A stretch of 64,000 bases of DNA from Lingula anatina (lineage: Eukaryota > Animalia > Brachiopoda): positions 2,604,001-2,668,000 of the forward strand of contig CM120647.1 in assembly GCA_051362555.1 (NCBI GenBank), read 5' to 3'. The notes beneath the pieces were generated by a model, which was not told the origin of the DNA, ran no database searches, and saw nothing but the letters and a program-made list of their open reading frames with translations. The translations under genes were made by a program, and so were the position numbers. This document shows positions 24,394-37,451 of this stretch, one piece after another. Each line of letters starts with the position of its first letter. The stretch's first letter is position 1.

Positions 24394-25785
24394 CACACAC
24401 TGGACAATAGAAGTGTCACCCCTACTGAACCAATACTTTGGGGGAGATAAATGACTGTGGAATGATATGCTCCTGGTATCATTTTATTAACATCAAATTT
24501 CACAAAAAATCACAAAATGAGAACAAAATATACATTCTACCAAAATATGCAGTTTCAAGTCCAAAATTAGTACTTAGTGGCATAGCCATGCAGGTGACCT
24601 AATAATAGGTGCCAGTCTGCGAGGCAAGGATTCATATAATTGTCTGATGCGTTCAGGGCTTATGCTGGCCCAAGCATGAAACACTGAATATAACAGAGTT
24701 TCTCTGCTGGTTAGACAGGCATTTGTCAAACGTTTTGACATATCATTCCACACATTTTCTATTATGTTTGCATCCGGACTCTGGGCAGGCCACATCACCC
24801 TGCGAATGTCCTGTTGGTCAAACCAATCATCAACTGCTCTGGGCCTGTGACAAGGAGCATTGTCATCCTGGTGAACAAATTGATAATTCCTGTTACCAAA
24901 CATGTTAGTAATAGATGGAAGCAAGCCTGACTCCAAAACATCGATATATTTCTAGTGATTCATGTTTCCATCAACCACTATCAATTCGCCCACGCCATGG
25001 ATGCTGATGCAGCCCCACACCATGATGAATATGCTGCTCCGGGTTTGAAAATTCAGTGCATGTGGTTTAAATGCTTTACCAGCAGTTCGCCAGCATCGTA
25101 CCCGTCTGTCATCAGAGGTCAGACCAAAGCGACACTCATCAGAAAAAAAATATATAGGACCAATTGTCATGGACTGTCCAGTTCCAGATCCTGTTGACCC
25201 TAGTTCACTCTACGTTGCCTGTTTTGTAACGATATAAGAGGTTTCAGTCTTGCTACCCTGCTGTACACTCTATGAGCATGTAACCAACGCCTAGAAATTT
25301 TCACAGACACATTCTTATGTGTGAAATTGTTCCACTGTGTTGTCAACTGACCAGCAGTGTCAAACTTTCACAACCTGGACATCAAAATCAGTCGTCGGTC
25401 TTCACAGCCAGTAGTTTTTCTTGGACGACCCATCAAAGGCAATTTGTCTCTTGATCCAGTGTTTCTATACTGAGACCAGACCCTCTGCACGGTTCTGACT
25501 GAACAATTCAATTGTATCGATATTCTGACATTGCGTATATTCCGCCTCTTCAGGTTAACAACTTGCACCTATAACCGTTAGAGAATTGCCTGTATTTTGC
25601 CATATTGGAAGAAGATGGGAATAACGTTTGCTGTACATGTACAAGACCAACAATATAATTCCATGCTACAGCGGTTTTATACTCATTAGTCACAGTATAA
25701 GTAGACCAGGCATTATAACTACCCAAGATCTGCTTACTTTTATTACTCTGAGTTAGGGGGTGACACTTCTATTGTCCAGTGTGTG
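24394..25785 (-). mobile_element. Full-length but inactivated Tc1 (DD34E) transposon, 1392 bp
   Basis: 29-bp TIRs CACACACTGGACAATAGAAGTGTCACCCC, TA TSD (24392-93 / 25786-87). Removing it restores the satellite ATCACAATATATACAAACAC. Confidence 0.95.
24574..25603 (-). pseudogene. Tc1 transposase, frameshifted and containing stops
   Basis: HTH region with GRPRKTT, then FSDECRF, MVWGCIS, QDDNAPCH-(34 aa between D and E)-SPDANIIENVW, split over three ORF pieces. Confidence 0.92.
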
Positions 25786-26660
25786 TACAAACACATACAG
25801 TGACAACACCAACATGCACAATAATCAAAATAATTACTAACAAACACTGTCACAATACAGACATACACAGTGATCAGAAAAAATTTTGACATGTACAGTG
25901 ACAATAGTAACGTGCACCATAATAAGAATGAACACAAGGAAAAAGATTGAAAACAAAGCCACATAGTCATCAAAATAATTACTAACAAACACAGTCACAA
26001 TACAGACATACACAGTGATTAGAAAAAAAATTTGACATGTACAGTGATAACAGTAACTTGCACAGAAGAGAGAATGAACACAAGGAAAAAGAGTGAAAAA
26101 ACAAGGCAGCAAAGCTGTCAAATGTACAGACAAAAAACAGAAAATAAAGATGCAAAATAGGTCATTTTGTCAATTTTGATGCAATAATGAATAATGCTTA
26201 TAATAGCACTGTCAGTCAACACTGAATTTTAATCATGCACAACAGGTAACATGGTCAATAACAGGAGCAGACCCAGAGATATTTTCTGACAGTATTCCAA
26301 AGTATCTATGTTGATCCATCCTCCATTTTGATGGTCTTCCAACAGAAAAAAAAATAGATACCAGTCAATATAAACTTAAAAACCTGACCATCTTTCGGAA
26401 GAACTAGAAGATGGTCTCAATCCACCCCTTCAATAAGATTACAGTTTCAGGACCATGAGAGTTCAAATCCACATGATGAAAGTTCCAATATTTGAAAAAT
26501 TATGACAGTGCATAAAATAATATTACATAATGTTTAAAGACATAAAAACCAACACAACTGCTTATGTGGAAATACAGAAAATGTGCAGAGCCTCAGGCAG
26601 ATGGGAGTTAAAAGTCACAAATACCAGTGTTTGAGAAAAAATTTAAAAGGAAAACATAAC

Positions 26661-26866
26661 AAAACTAGAAAAGCACTCCAAGAGCGCAGACCTCTGCCAA
26701 GGCAGCAATTTTTTATTATTATTGATTATTGATCCAAACCACCACCAAAAACTAATCATTGTCCTCCTTGACCCACTTCTGACAGTTCCTGAAAATTTCA
26801 TCAAAATCGGTCCATAACTTTTTGAGACAAACAGGGGTGAAAACATAACCTCCTTGGCAGAGGTAA
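26661..26866 (-). mobile_element. Non-autonomous Helentron/DINE-1-type element (HINE)
   Basis: On the minus strand it begins TTACCTCTGCCAAGGAGGTTATG, has a subterminal IR (ACCTCTGCCAAGG 26689-26701 / CCTTGGCAGAGGT 26852-26864), and ends with hairpin GCGCTC-TTG-GAGTGC followed by CTAGTTT. Confidence 0.75.
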
Positions 26867-26904
26867 ATATAATTCCAATGAAGCTGCTATTCAAACTTTT
26901 AATC

Positions 26905-26924
26905 TTTGAGTTTGAGTTTGAGTT

Positions 26925-26979
<55 letters not shown>
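26905..26979. repeat. (TTTGAG)n plus (TA)n microsatellite
   Basis: Seen directly. Confidence 0.9.
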
Positions 26980-26980
<1 letters not shown>

Positions 26981-26984
26981 CGAA

Positions 26985-28352
26985 GTTTTTCATAAATGCC
27001 AACCCGATCGAGACTGTGAAAGAATACACGTACCTTGAAAGAATACATGTATCACCTTTACTACCACTGGGTCAATGAAAAAAGCAATAGTAAATCAAAA
27101 ATTAAAAGCAATGAAAGCAATGTTCTCATTGAAAGATGCACTTTCGTCACAAAACTTATCCTCACCTCTCCTATATTTAAAACTGTTTGACAAAGTGGTA
27201 AGGCCAATACTCCTTTATGGCTGTGAAGTTTGGGCCCAAGAAATATTCAAAGAAAAGAAAATGACCCTGAACAAAATTAACCAAATGCCTTTTGAGCAAG
27301 CACATTTGAGAATGTGCAAATGGGCACTTGGTTTGAGTAAATACGCCAGCAACAATGTGAGTTGTGCAGAGCTCGGTCGTTATCCTATATATATATTCTA
27401 ACATTGTTAAACAGGTGCTACGATATTGCCAAAGATTTGGAAATATACCAAATAACAGAATAGTGAAGCTCACCCATGATGCAGAACTGACAATAGGGGA
27501 AAAAGGTTGGCCAGGAGTGATTAATACTATGTTAACAACTTGGGATCTTCACAGTGGAAATGTTCCAGGGGTTCAGCAAATCCACACACATTGCAATATT
27601 GAGGAAGAAATCAATGCTAAAATTGAAAAAATGTTCTGGGAAGAGTTAACTGATCCACAAAGCACCAAGTTAAAAACTTATAGTCTCATAAAAAAGTCCT
27701 ACAAAATTGAAAAGTACCTGCAGACTAATGCCCCTCAGTCATTGAAAAGGGAAGTGGCTAAAATTAGAGTCAGTGATCATATTCTGGAAATGGAAAAAGG
27801 ACGCTACACCAGACCTAAAACACCATGCGAGGAACGATTCTGTCCCCACTGTCCTGCAATCGAGGACGAAGTGCACTTCCTACTAGAATGTAGACACCAT
27901 GTAAAAGAGAGGGAGTGCATGTTAAAACAATTCCCTAAATGTGACATGCATCACCTAGCAAGCAGTGACGAGAAGGTTAAAATCATACTAAGCCCAGAAA
28001 ATGAGAAAGAATTGCACGCTGCTGGTAGATACATCCAGAGGGCAATATCGAAAAGAAATGAGCATCTGCCACACTGAAGTAGCCTCTTCCTGCTATATTA
28101 TATGTACCATAAGCATGGCACATAAGATACATTTAACTATAAGCCTATCAAAGAAAAATGTGTGTTCTCCCAGTGTATTGAACTGTTTACAATTGTAAAA
28201 AGTATATTTTTTAAACACCGTTTACATTGTAATAAGTATTTTTAAACACTGTATAAGAAGTAATCCACAGTGATGTATAACTATTTATTTATGTATCTAT
28301 TTGTAGTATAGAGGGCTAATAAATGTAACTGTCACATTTAATGCTCGAATAA

Positions 28353-28392
<40 letters not shown>
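26985..28392 (+). mobile_element. 5'-truncated non-LTR retrotransposon (LINE ORF2 3' end; CR1/L2-group, Crack/Daphne-like)
   Basis: Frameshifted ORF pieces: IETVKEYTYL, LKLFDKVVRPILLYGCEVW, AELGRYPI, KLKTY..IK...EKYL, KIRVSDHILEMEKGRY, and Zn-knuckle CPHC...EDEVHFLLEC. Ends in AATAAA followed by a (TTA)n tail at 28353-28392. Confidence 0.88.
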
Positions 28393-28395
<3 letters not shown>

Positions 28396-29929
28396 TAAAA
28401 ACTTATTTGCAATATTAATCAAAATTTATCTGCATAATTATCACTGCTTCCTTATTATTAGTCTAGCAGAGAGCTTAACCTTTTGGAGTTTACAGGGAAA
28501 TATCAACAAGTGTGCTTTATGTAATCTCATTAAATGGCCTATTAATTAGGCAAATGACTTTATAATTCTGAACATAGCCTAGTGATACCCAAGGGAAATT
28601 TACAGACTGACCCTCTCAAAGGTCTTCAGGCCCATAAGTCACACCTTAAGAAAAGCAGAAAACAATAATGCACAAAATAAGAGACTACCAATTCTGATGC
28701 AATAATACATTATGTTTAACTGCACAGTCAACATCAAATTTTAATTATGCACAACAGGTAACACCGACGAAAGTAAAAGCATAAGGCTTCAGGCCCATCA
28801 GAGTTCAAGTTTATACTTGGAAAGTGCCAGAATGAGAAAAATGAAAATTTCACAAAAAATGCATAAATTTAGTAAAAATGATAATCCAATAGAGCTGGTT
28901 TTCTAATATGACCTGTACGTCAATCCTAAGAATCATTCTTGTAAGACTAGTTGAAAATAGAGAAAGTAACAGTTTTCTTTCCATAACGTTAATCGTGGCA
29001 GTGCACAAAGTAGGTTTTTTTTTTTATCATTTTTGATGCCACATTACATAATGATTAACTGTATAAATACCACCAATTTTTAAATATCTACTATTAAAAA
29101 CATGGACATTAAGAAAATTTGATTACCACTGGGCTTCATGCCAAAGGGACCTCTAAGTCCCATATTGAAAATTCCAGTATGTGAAAGATAAAAATTTTCA
29201 CAAAAAAACTCTTTAACTTCCAGAAAATTAACTAATGAGACAGATTTTCCAACAGATTCGCTGTATTTCAGTCCTGTGCTTCTTTCCTTTAAGTGTGAAA
29301 AGAGCAAGTGACATGGTTTTTCTTTCACGGTCACTATGGAGGCAGTGCCCAAAATAGGGTTTTGTTCAATTTTGATGCAATATTACACAATGCTTAACAG
29401 CATAATAACCATCAGTTTTTTAATGATAAAATAAATCTATCATGGATATTCAGAAAATGTGACTAGCCCATAGAGTTCAGAGTCACACTTTGAAAATCCC
29501 AAAAATTAAGCAAGAGAAAACTGCATTGAAAAGAGTTAATTTCCATTTTCAACACCTTTTTTTACATAAATCAAAAAAATCGATTTTCTGTCATTTTTAT
29601 ATGATCAATTATAAAATATGTTGTCAAAGGAAAAATATCAATAGAACAGATTTCATTGTCCAACTTGCTCCATTCTGAGATTCTTAACTTAGTGAACGAT
29701 TGAATCTGACGAACTGCATTGATATGAGTTTCTTTACATTTTTGATACTTTATTACACAATGCACAATAAAAGCTGTACCGTCATCTTTATATAATCAAC
29801 TAACAATATTGTTAAGAAGCAGAACATGTCAAAACAACACTTTTACATATCTAATTAGTTCCATAATGAGACTGTTAACATACCTAAGAATTAAATCTGA
29901 AGAAAAACCACTTATATACAAAAAGGCTA

Positions 29930-30790
29930 ATAACTTCATCAGAACTTAACTGATCAAGCTTATTTTCAAACTTGATCTGTATACTAGTCTGACTGATCAC
30001 TCCTGTGAGTTTCAAGACAAAAGGCTGATTGGTTTCCTTAAAATGCGTTATCAGTGTTGCATATATGCTGAATAATGGAAAGAAACAGCATAACTTTTGT
30101 AAAAATAGTCCAATCAAGCCAATTTTTGAACTTGACCTGCTTATTATGAATATTCATCAGTTTTGTAAGTTTCAATCCAAAAGGAAAAACATTTCTACAC
30201 TTATCATGTTATCGGTGTTATAAAAATGCTGAAAAAATTGAAAAAAAAAAAACAAAAAAAAAACAGGATAACTTCCATAAAAATTACCTGATCATGCTGA
30301 TTTTCAAACTTGACCTGTGTATTATGAATATTCTTCAGTTCTGCAAATTTCAAGCCAAAAAGTAAATTGGTTTTCCACCTATACTGTTATCGGTGCTGCA
30401 TATATGCTGAAAAAAATGAAAAAACAGCATAACTTCCCTAAAAATGGCCCAATCATGCTGATTTTCAAACTTGACCTGCGTATTATGAATATTCATCAGT
30501 TCTGTAAGTTTCAAGCAAAAAGGTAAAATGGTTTTCCACTTATCGTGTTATCGATGCAGCATATAAAATGAAAAAAGAGAAAAAAAAGCATAACATCCCT
30601 AAAAATGACCCGATCATGCTGATTTTCGAACTTGACCTGCGTATTATGGATATTCATCAATTCTGTAAGTTTCAAACCAAAAGAAAAAAGGGTTTTCCAC
30701 TTATCATGTGATCGGTAAAAGTGCACAGCGACGGCGACGACAACAACAGACACAGGTGATGGCTATATGTGATGGCTATATGTGTCTGTA
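29930..30790. repeat. Five ~161-bp tandem units ending in a GAC-rich microsatellite-like tail; resembles Helentron-associated repeat-carrying elements
   Basis: CTTGA(C/T)CTG recurs at 29971, 30131, 30309, 30470 and 30631, followed by GACGGCGACGACAACAACAGACAC-AGGTGATGGCTATATGT. The family assignment is an inference. Confidence 0.7.
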
Positions 30791-33700
30791 CATAAAAATA
30801 GCCGCAGACAGTCATCCCAATATGTACAAACACATTCAGTAACAATACAGAATAGACACAGCAAACAGAATATAAACAGACACACAGATATACGGTGACA
30901 ACAACATCATAGTAATGATTACAAACATACAGATTGACAAAACTAACATACACAGTGATCACAATATATACAAACACATACAGTGACAACACCAACATGC
31001 ACAGTAATCGAAATGATTTCTAAAAAACAAAGTCACAATACAGACATACACAGTGATTAGAAAAAAATTGACATGTACAGTGATATCAGTAACTTGCACA
31101 GAAAAGAGAATGAACACAGGGAAAAAGAGTGAAAAAAAAATAGCCGCAGACAGTCATCCCAATATGTACAAACACATTCAGTAACAATACAGAATAGACA
31201 TAGCAAACGCAATATAAGCAGACACATAGACATATAATTACTATACCAACATTCAGAGTAACAGTAATGATTACAAACAAATAGTGACAAAACAGACAAA
31301 CACAGTTATCAGAATACATGGAAATACATGCAGTGACAATATAGAATAGACACAGCAAACAGAATATAAACAGACACACAGATCAAGACATACACTGAAA
31401 GCACCATCATTCACCTCAATAGTAATGATAATAAATAGAACAGAATAACACAGTGATCATAATTATATGGAGACACAAACAGTAACAACACAAACAAACA
31501 TAGTGATCAAAATAAATATAAACATGTACATTGACAACTCGCACCGTAATGACAACGAACACAAGGAAATAGAGTGAAAACATAGCCCTACACAGTCATC
31601 AGAATATATACAAACACGTTCAGTTACAATATAGAATAGACACAGAAAACAGAATATAAAACAAACACATAGACATACAATGACAAAAACATCATTTAGT
31701 GCACAATACATAAACAGTAATGATTACAAACAAAGAGTGACAAAACTGATGTACACAGTGCTCACAATAAATACAAGCACGTACAGTAACAACAAAAGAG
31801 TGAAAACATAGCCCTACACAGTCATTACAATAAATACAAACACATTCAGTAACAATACAGAATAGAAACAGCAAACAGAATACATATAACAGACACATAG
31901 ACATACATTGACAACACCATCATTCAGCGCAATAGTAATGATAACAAACAAATAGAGTGACAATACTGACGTACACAGTGCTCACAATATACACAAACAT
32001 CAACAGTATTGACGCTAACATACATGTTGAATACAAGCACGTACAGTAACAACACAAACATGCACAGTCATCAAAATGAATATTAATATATACAGTGACA
32101 ACAATGTGCAATGTAATGACAATAAACACCAAGAAAAGAGTGAAAACATAGACCTACACAGTCATCACAATATATACAAACACATTCAGAAACAATATAG
32201 AATAGACACAAAAAACAGAATATAAAGAAACACACAGACATACAGTGACAACACCATTATTCAGTGCAACAGTAATGATTACAAACAAAGAGTTACAAAA
32301 CTTACATACACAGTGCTCACAATATACACAAACATCAACAGTATTGACGCTAACATACATGTTGATCACAATAAATAGAATTGCAACAATGACAGCACAA
32401 ATATGTACAGTAATGTTAATAATTACAAAGAAAAAAGAGGAGAAACAGAATAACACAGTGATCATAATTATATGCAGACACAAACAGTAACAACACAAAC
32501 AAACACAGTAATCAAAATAAGTATTAACATGTACATTGTCAACAGTAACTTGCACCATAATGACAATGAACATAAGGAAAAAGAGTGAAAACATAGCCCA
32601 ACACAGTCATTACAATAAATACAAACACATTCAGTAACAATACAGAATAGACACAGCAAACAGAATATAAACAGACACACAGATATACAGTGACAACAAC
32701 ATCATAGTAATGATAATAAACAATCAGAGTGACAAAATCAACATACACAGTAATCACAATAAGTACAAACACGTACAGTGACAACAGCAACATGCACAGT
32801 AATGAATATAATTACTAACAAACACTGTCACAATACAGATGTACACAGTGATCAGAAAAAATTTTGACATGTACAGTAACAATTGTAACATGCATCATAA
32901 TTAGAATGAACACAAGCAAAAAATTTGAAAACATAGCCGCACACGGTCATCAAAATAATTACTAACAAACAGTCACAATACAGACATACACAGTGATCAG
33001 AAAAAAAATTTTGACATATACAGTGACAATAGTAACATTCACCATAATAAGAAGGATCACAAGCAAAAAGATTGAAAACATAGCCACACACAGTCATGAA
33101 AATAATTACTAACAAACAGTCACAATACAGACATACACAGTGATCAGAAAAAAATTTGACATGTACAGTGACAATAGTAACGTGCACCATAATAAGAATG
33201 AACACAAGGAAAAAGATTGAAAACATAGCCGCAAACAGTCATGAAAATAATTACTAACAAACAGTCACAATACAGACATACACAGTGATCAGAAAAAAAT
33301 TTGACATGTACAGTGACAATAGTAACGTGCACCATAATAAGAATGAACACAAGCAAAAAGTTTGAAAACATAGCCGCACACAGTCATCAAAATAATTACT
33401 AACAAACACAGTCACAATACAGACATACACAGTGATCAGAAAAAAATTTGACATGTACAGTGACAATAGTAACGTGCACCATAATAAGAATGATCACAAG
33501 CAAAAAGATTGAAAAAATAGCTGCACACAGTCATCAAAATAATTACTAACAAACTATAATAATACAAACATACACAGTGATCAGAAAAAAATTTAACATG
33601 TACAGTGACAATAGTAAAGTGCACCATAATAATAAGAATTAACACAAGCAAAAAGATTAAAAACATAGCCGCACACAGTCAGCAAAATAATTACTATCAA

Positions 33701-35673
33701 ACACTGTCACAATACAGACATACACAGTGATCAGAAAAAAATTTGACATGTACAGTGATAATAGTAACGTGCACCATAATAAGAATGATCACAAGCAAAA
33801 AGATTGAAAACATAGCCGCACACAGTCATCAAAATAATTACTAAGAAACACAGTCCCAATACAGACATACACAGTGATCAGAAAAAATTTTGACATGTAC
33901 AGTAACAACAATAACATGCACCATAATAAGAATAAACACAAGGAAAAAGATTGAAAACAAAGCCCCACACAGTCATCACAATTTGTACAAAAACATTCAG
34001 TAACAATACAAAATAGGCACAGCAAACACAATTTAAACAGACACATAGACATACAGTGACAACCCCTCAGAGTAATAGTAATGATTACAAACAGAGTGAC
34101 AAAACTGACATACACATTCCCTCATCAACATCAAAAGTAAAGTAACGACACCAACGTACATGGTGATCACAATAAATGGAATTGCAACAATGACAACACA
34201 AATATGTACAATAATGTTAATGATTACAAAGACAAAAGAGGAGAAACAGAATAACACAGTGATCATAATTATATGGAGACACAAACAGTAACAACATAAA
34301 CACAGTGCTCAAAATAAATATAAACATGTATATTGTCACATAGAAATGAGCACCGAAATGACAAACAAACACAGTGATCAATATAAATATAAACATGTAC
34401 ATTGATAACAGTAACTTCCACCATAATGACAATGAACATAAGGAAAAAGAGTGAAAACATAGCCCAACACAGTCATTACAATAAATACAAACACATTCAG
34501 TAACAATACAGAATAGACACAGCAAACAGAATATAAACAGACACACAGATATACAGTGACAACCCCATCATGCAGAGTAATAGTAATGATTACAAACAGA
34601 GTGACAAAACTGACATACACATTCGCTCATCAACATCAAAAGTAAAGTAAAGACACCAACGTACATGGTGATCAAAATAAATAGAATTGCAACAGTGACA
34701 ACACAAATATGTACAGTAATGTTAATGATTATAAAGAAAAAAAGAGTACAAACACACTCATACAGTGGTCAGATTTATATGCAGACTCAAACAGTAACAA
34801 CATAAACACAGTGCTCAAAATAAATATAAACATGTATATTGTCACATAGAAATGAGCACCGAAATGACAATAAAAACAAGAAAAAAGAGTGAAAACATAG
34901 CCCTACACAGTCATTACAATATATACAAACACATTCAGTAACAATACAGAAAAGAAACAGCAAACAGAATATTTATAACAGACATATAGACATACATTGA
35001 CAACACCATCATTCAGCGCAATAGTAATGATAACAAACAAATAGAGTGACAAAACTGATGTACACAATGCTCACAATAAATACAAGCACGTACAGTAACA
35101 ACACAAACATGCACAGTCATCAAAATGAATATTAATATATACAGTGACAACAATGTGCAATGTAATGACAATGAACACCAAGAAAAAGAGTGAAAACATA
35201 GACCTACACAGTCATCACAATATATACAAACACATTCAGAAACAATATAGAATAGACACAAAAAACAGAATATAAAGAAACACATAGACATACAGTGACA
35301 ACACCATTATTCAGTGCAACAGTAATGATTACAAACAAAGAGTTACAAAACTTACATACACAGTGCTCACAATATACACAAACATCAACAGTATTGACGC
35401 TAACATACATGTTGATCACAATAAATAGAATTGCAACAATGACAGCACAAATATGTACAGTAATGTTAATAATTACAAAGAAAAAAGAGGAGAAACAGAA
35501 TAACACAGTGATCATAATTATATGCAGACACAAACAGTAACAACACAAACAAACACAGTAATCAAAATAAGTATTAACATGTACATTGACAACAGTAACT
35601 AGCACCAAAATGATAATGAACCCAAGAAAAAAAGGATTGAAAACATAGCCCAAAACAGTCATTACAATAATTA

Positions 35674-36192
35674 AAGACTGTATTTTTTAAGATCATTGAG
35701 AACTTTTACTGATAGTGTGCCTATTTTAGTCAATTTTTATAGGTGTGTAATTGAAAGCATTCTAGCGTACGGAATTATAATATGGTATAGCGGAACAGCT
35801 GGGGAGGAAAGGAAGAAATTAGCAAACGTTGTAAACACTGCAAGCAGGATTATCGGACAAGATCTCCCCAAGCTGGATGATATTTTTAAGGACAGGATGG
35901 AGAAAAGAATTGTCAACACCATGAAAGACGCTTTCCATCCTGCATCCTCTCTTTTTACTTTTTTACCAAGCAACAGTAGACTTTTAACTTTTAAAGGCAG
36001 TAAACGCTTTTTAAACAGCTTTTATCCAAGTGCAGTGACGCATTTTAATTTGATCTCAAAGCTAAATTCTTAATTTATTTATTTATTTATTATTTTATTA
36101 TTTTACTCTGTATATTGCTCCAATGGAAAATGATTTCCGATTTTTATAATTGGCTAAATAAACTCTTATCTTATCTTATCTTATCTTATCTT
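35674..36192 (+). mobile_element. 5'-truncated LINE 3' end (Rex1/Babar-like) inserted in the satellite
   Basis: ORF remnant FYRCVIESILAYGIIIWY...LANVVNTASRIIG..LP.L...HPASSLFTFLPS...RFLNSFYPSAV, with a (TCTTA)n tail. Empty-site satellite ATAATTACAAACACATT is seen at ~44981. Confidence 0.85.
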
Positions 36193-37198
36193 AAACACAT
36201 TCAGTAACAATACAGAATAGACACAGCAAACAGAATATAAACAGACACACAGATATACGGTGACAACAACATCATAGTAATGATTACAAACAAATAGAGT
36301 GACAAAACTAACATACACAGTGATCACAATATATACAAACACATACAGTGACAACACCAACATGCACAGTAATCGAAATGATTACTAAAAAACACTGTCA
36401 CAATACAGACATACACAGTGATTAGAAAAAAATTGACATGTACAGTGATATCAGTAACTTGCACAGAAAAGAGAATGAACACAGGGAAAAAGAGTGAAAA
36501 AAAAAATAGCCGCAGACAGTCATCCCAATATGTACAAACACATTCAGTAACAATACAGAATAGACATAGCAAACGCAATATAAGCAGACACATAGACATA
36601 TAATTACTACACCAACATTCAGAGTAACAGTAACAGTAATGATTACAAACAAATAAAGTGACAAAACAGACAAACACAGTTATCAGAATACATGGAAATA
36701 CATGCAGTGACAATATAGAATAGACACAGCAAACAGAATATAAACAGACACACAGATCTAGACATACACTGAAAGCACCATCATTCACCTTAATAGTAAT
36801 GATAATAAATAGAACAGAATAACACAGAGTGAAAACATAGCCCTACACAGTCATCAGAATAATTACTAACAAACAGTCACAATACAGACATACACAGTGA
36901 TCAGAAAAAATTTTGACATGTACAGTGACAATAGTAACATGCACCATAATAAGAATAAACACAAGGAAAAAGATTGAAAACAAAGCCGCACACAGTCATC
37001 ACAATTTGTACAAAAACATTCAGTAACAATACAAAATAGGCACAGCAAACACAATTTAAACAGACACATAGACATACAGTGACAACCCCTCTGAGTAATA
37101 GTAATGATTACAAACAGAGTGACAAAACTGACATACACATTTCCTCATCAACATCAAAAGTAAAGTAACGACACCAACGTACATGGTGATCACAATAA

Positions 37199-37451
37199 GT
37201 GATAGATACAATACGAGTCGCCGAGCTGTACGTGAAATATTACGAGTGTATTGGCGAGCCGCAGGCTCGCCAATACACGAGTAATTTTCACGTACAGCTC
37301 GGCGACGAGTGTTGTATCTGGCTTAAACCACGGCCTCTGATTGGCTACTACACTAGTAGTGCAAGAGACCGTGGAACGCACTCGTACATGACGTGCTTGT
37401 ATGTCGAATACAGCACGGCCGAATCTTTTGTTCTACGCGCTAGCCGTGGTT
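37199..37451. mobile_element. 253-bp non-coding hairpin element without TIRs (possibly Crypton-like non-autonomous), TAA duplicated at the ends
   Basis: GC-rich insert in satellite CACAATAA|ATGG. Contains a 116-bp quasi-palindrome at 37204-37319 and a second IR TTAAACCACGGC/GCCGTGGTTTAA (37323-37334/37443-37454). Family call is tentative. Confidence 0.8.

Larger units (their letters stand above)
18870..26105. repeat. A/C-rich ~49-bp-monomer satellite, older and insertion-riddled part
   Basis: Same monomer family as 30790-64000, interrupted by LTR and Tc1 insertions at whose junctions the satellite register continues. Confidence 0.9.
26130..29470. repeat. Diverged ~340-bp repeat family interrupted by HINE and LINE insertions
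   Basis: Related segments CAAAATAG...ATTTTGATGCAA...AATGCTTA at ~26153, ~28672, ~29005 and ~29350. TTTTAAT(C/T)ATGCACAACAGGTAAC is shared between 26227 and 28739. Confidence 0.6.
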
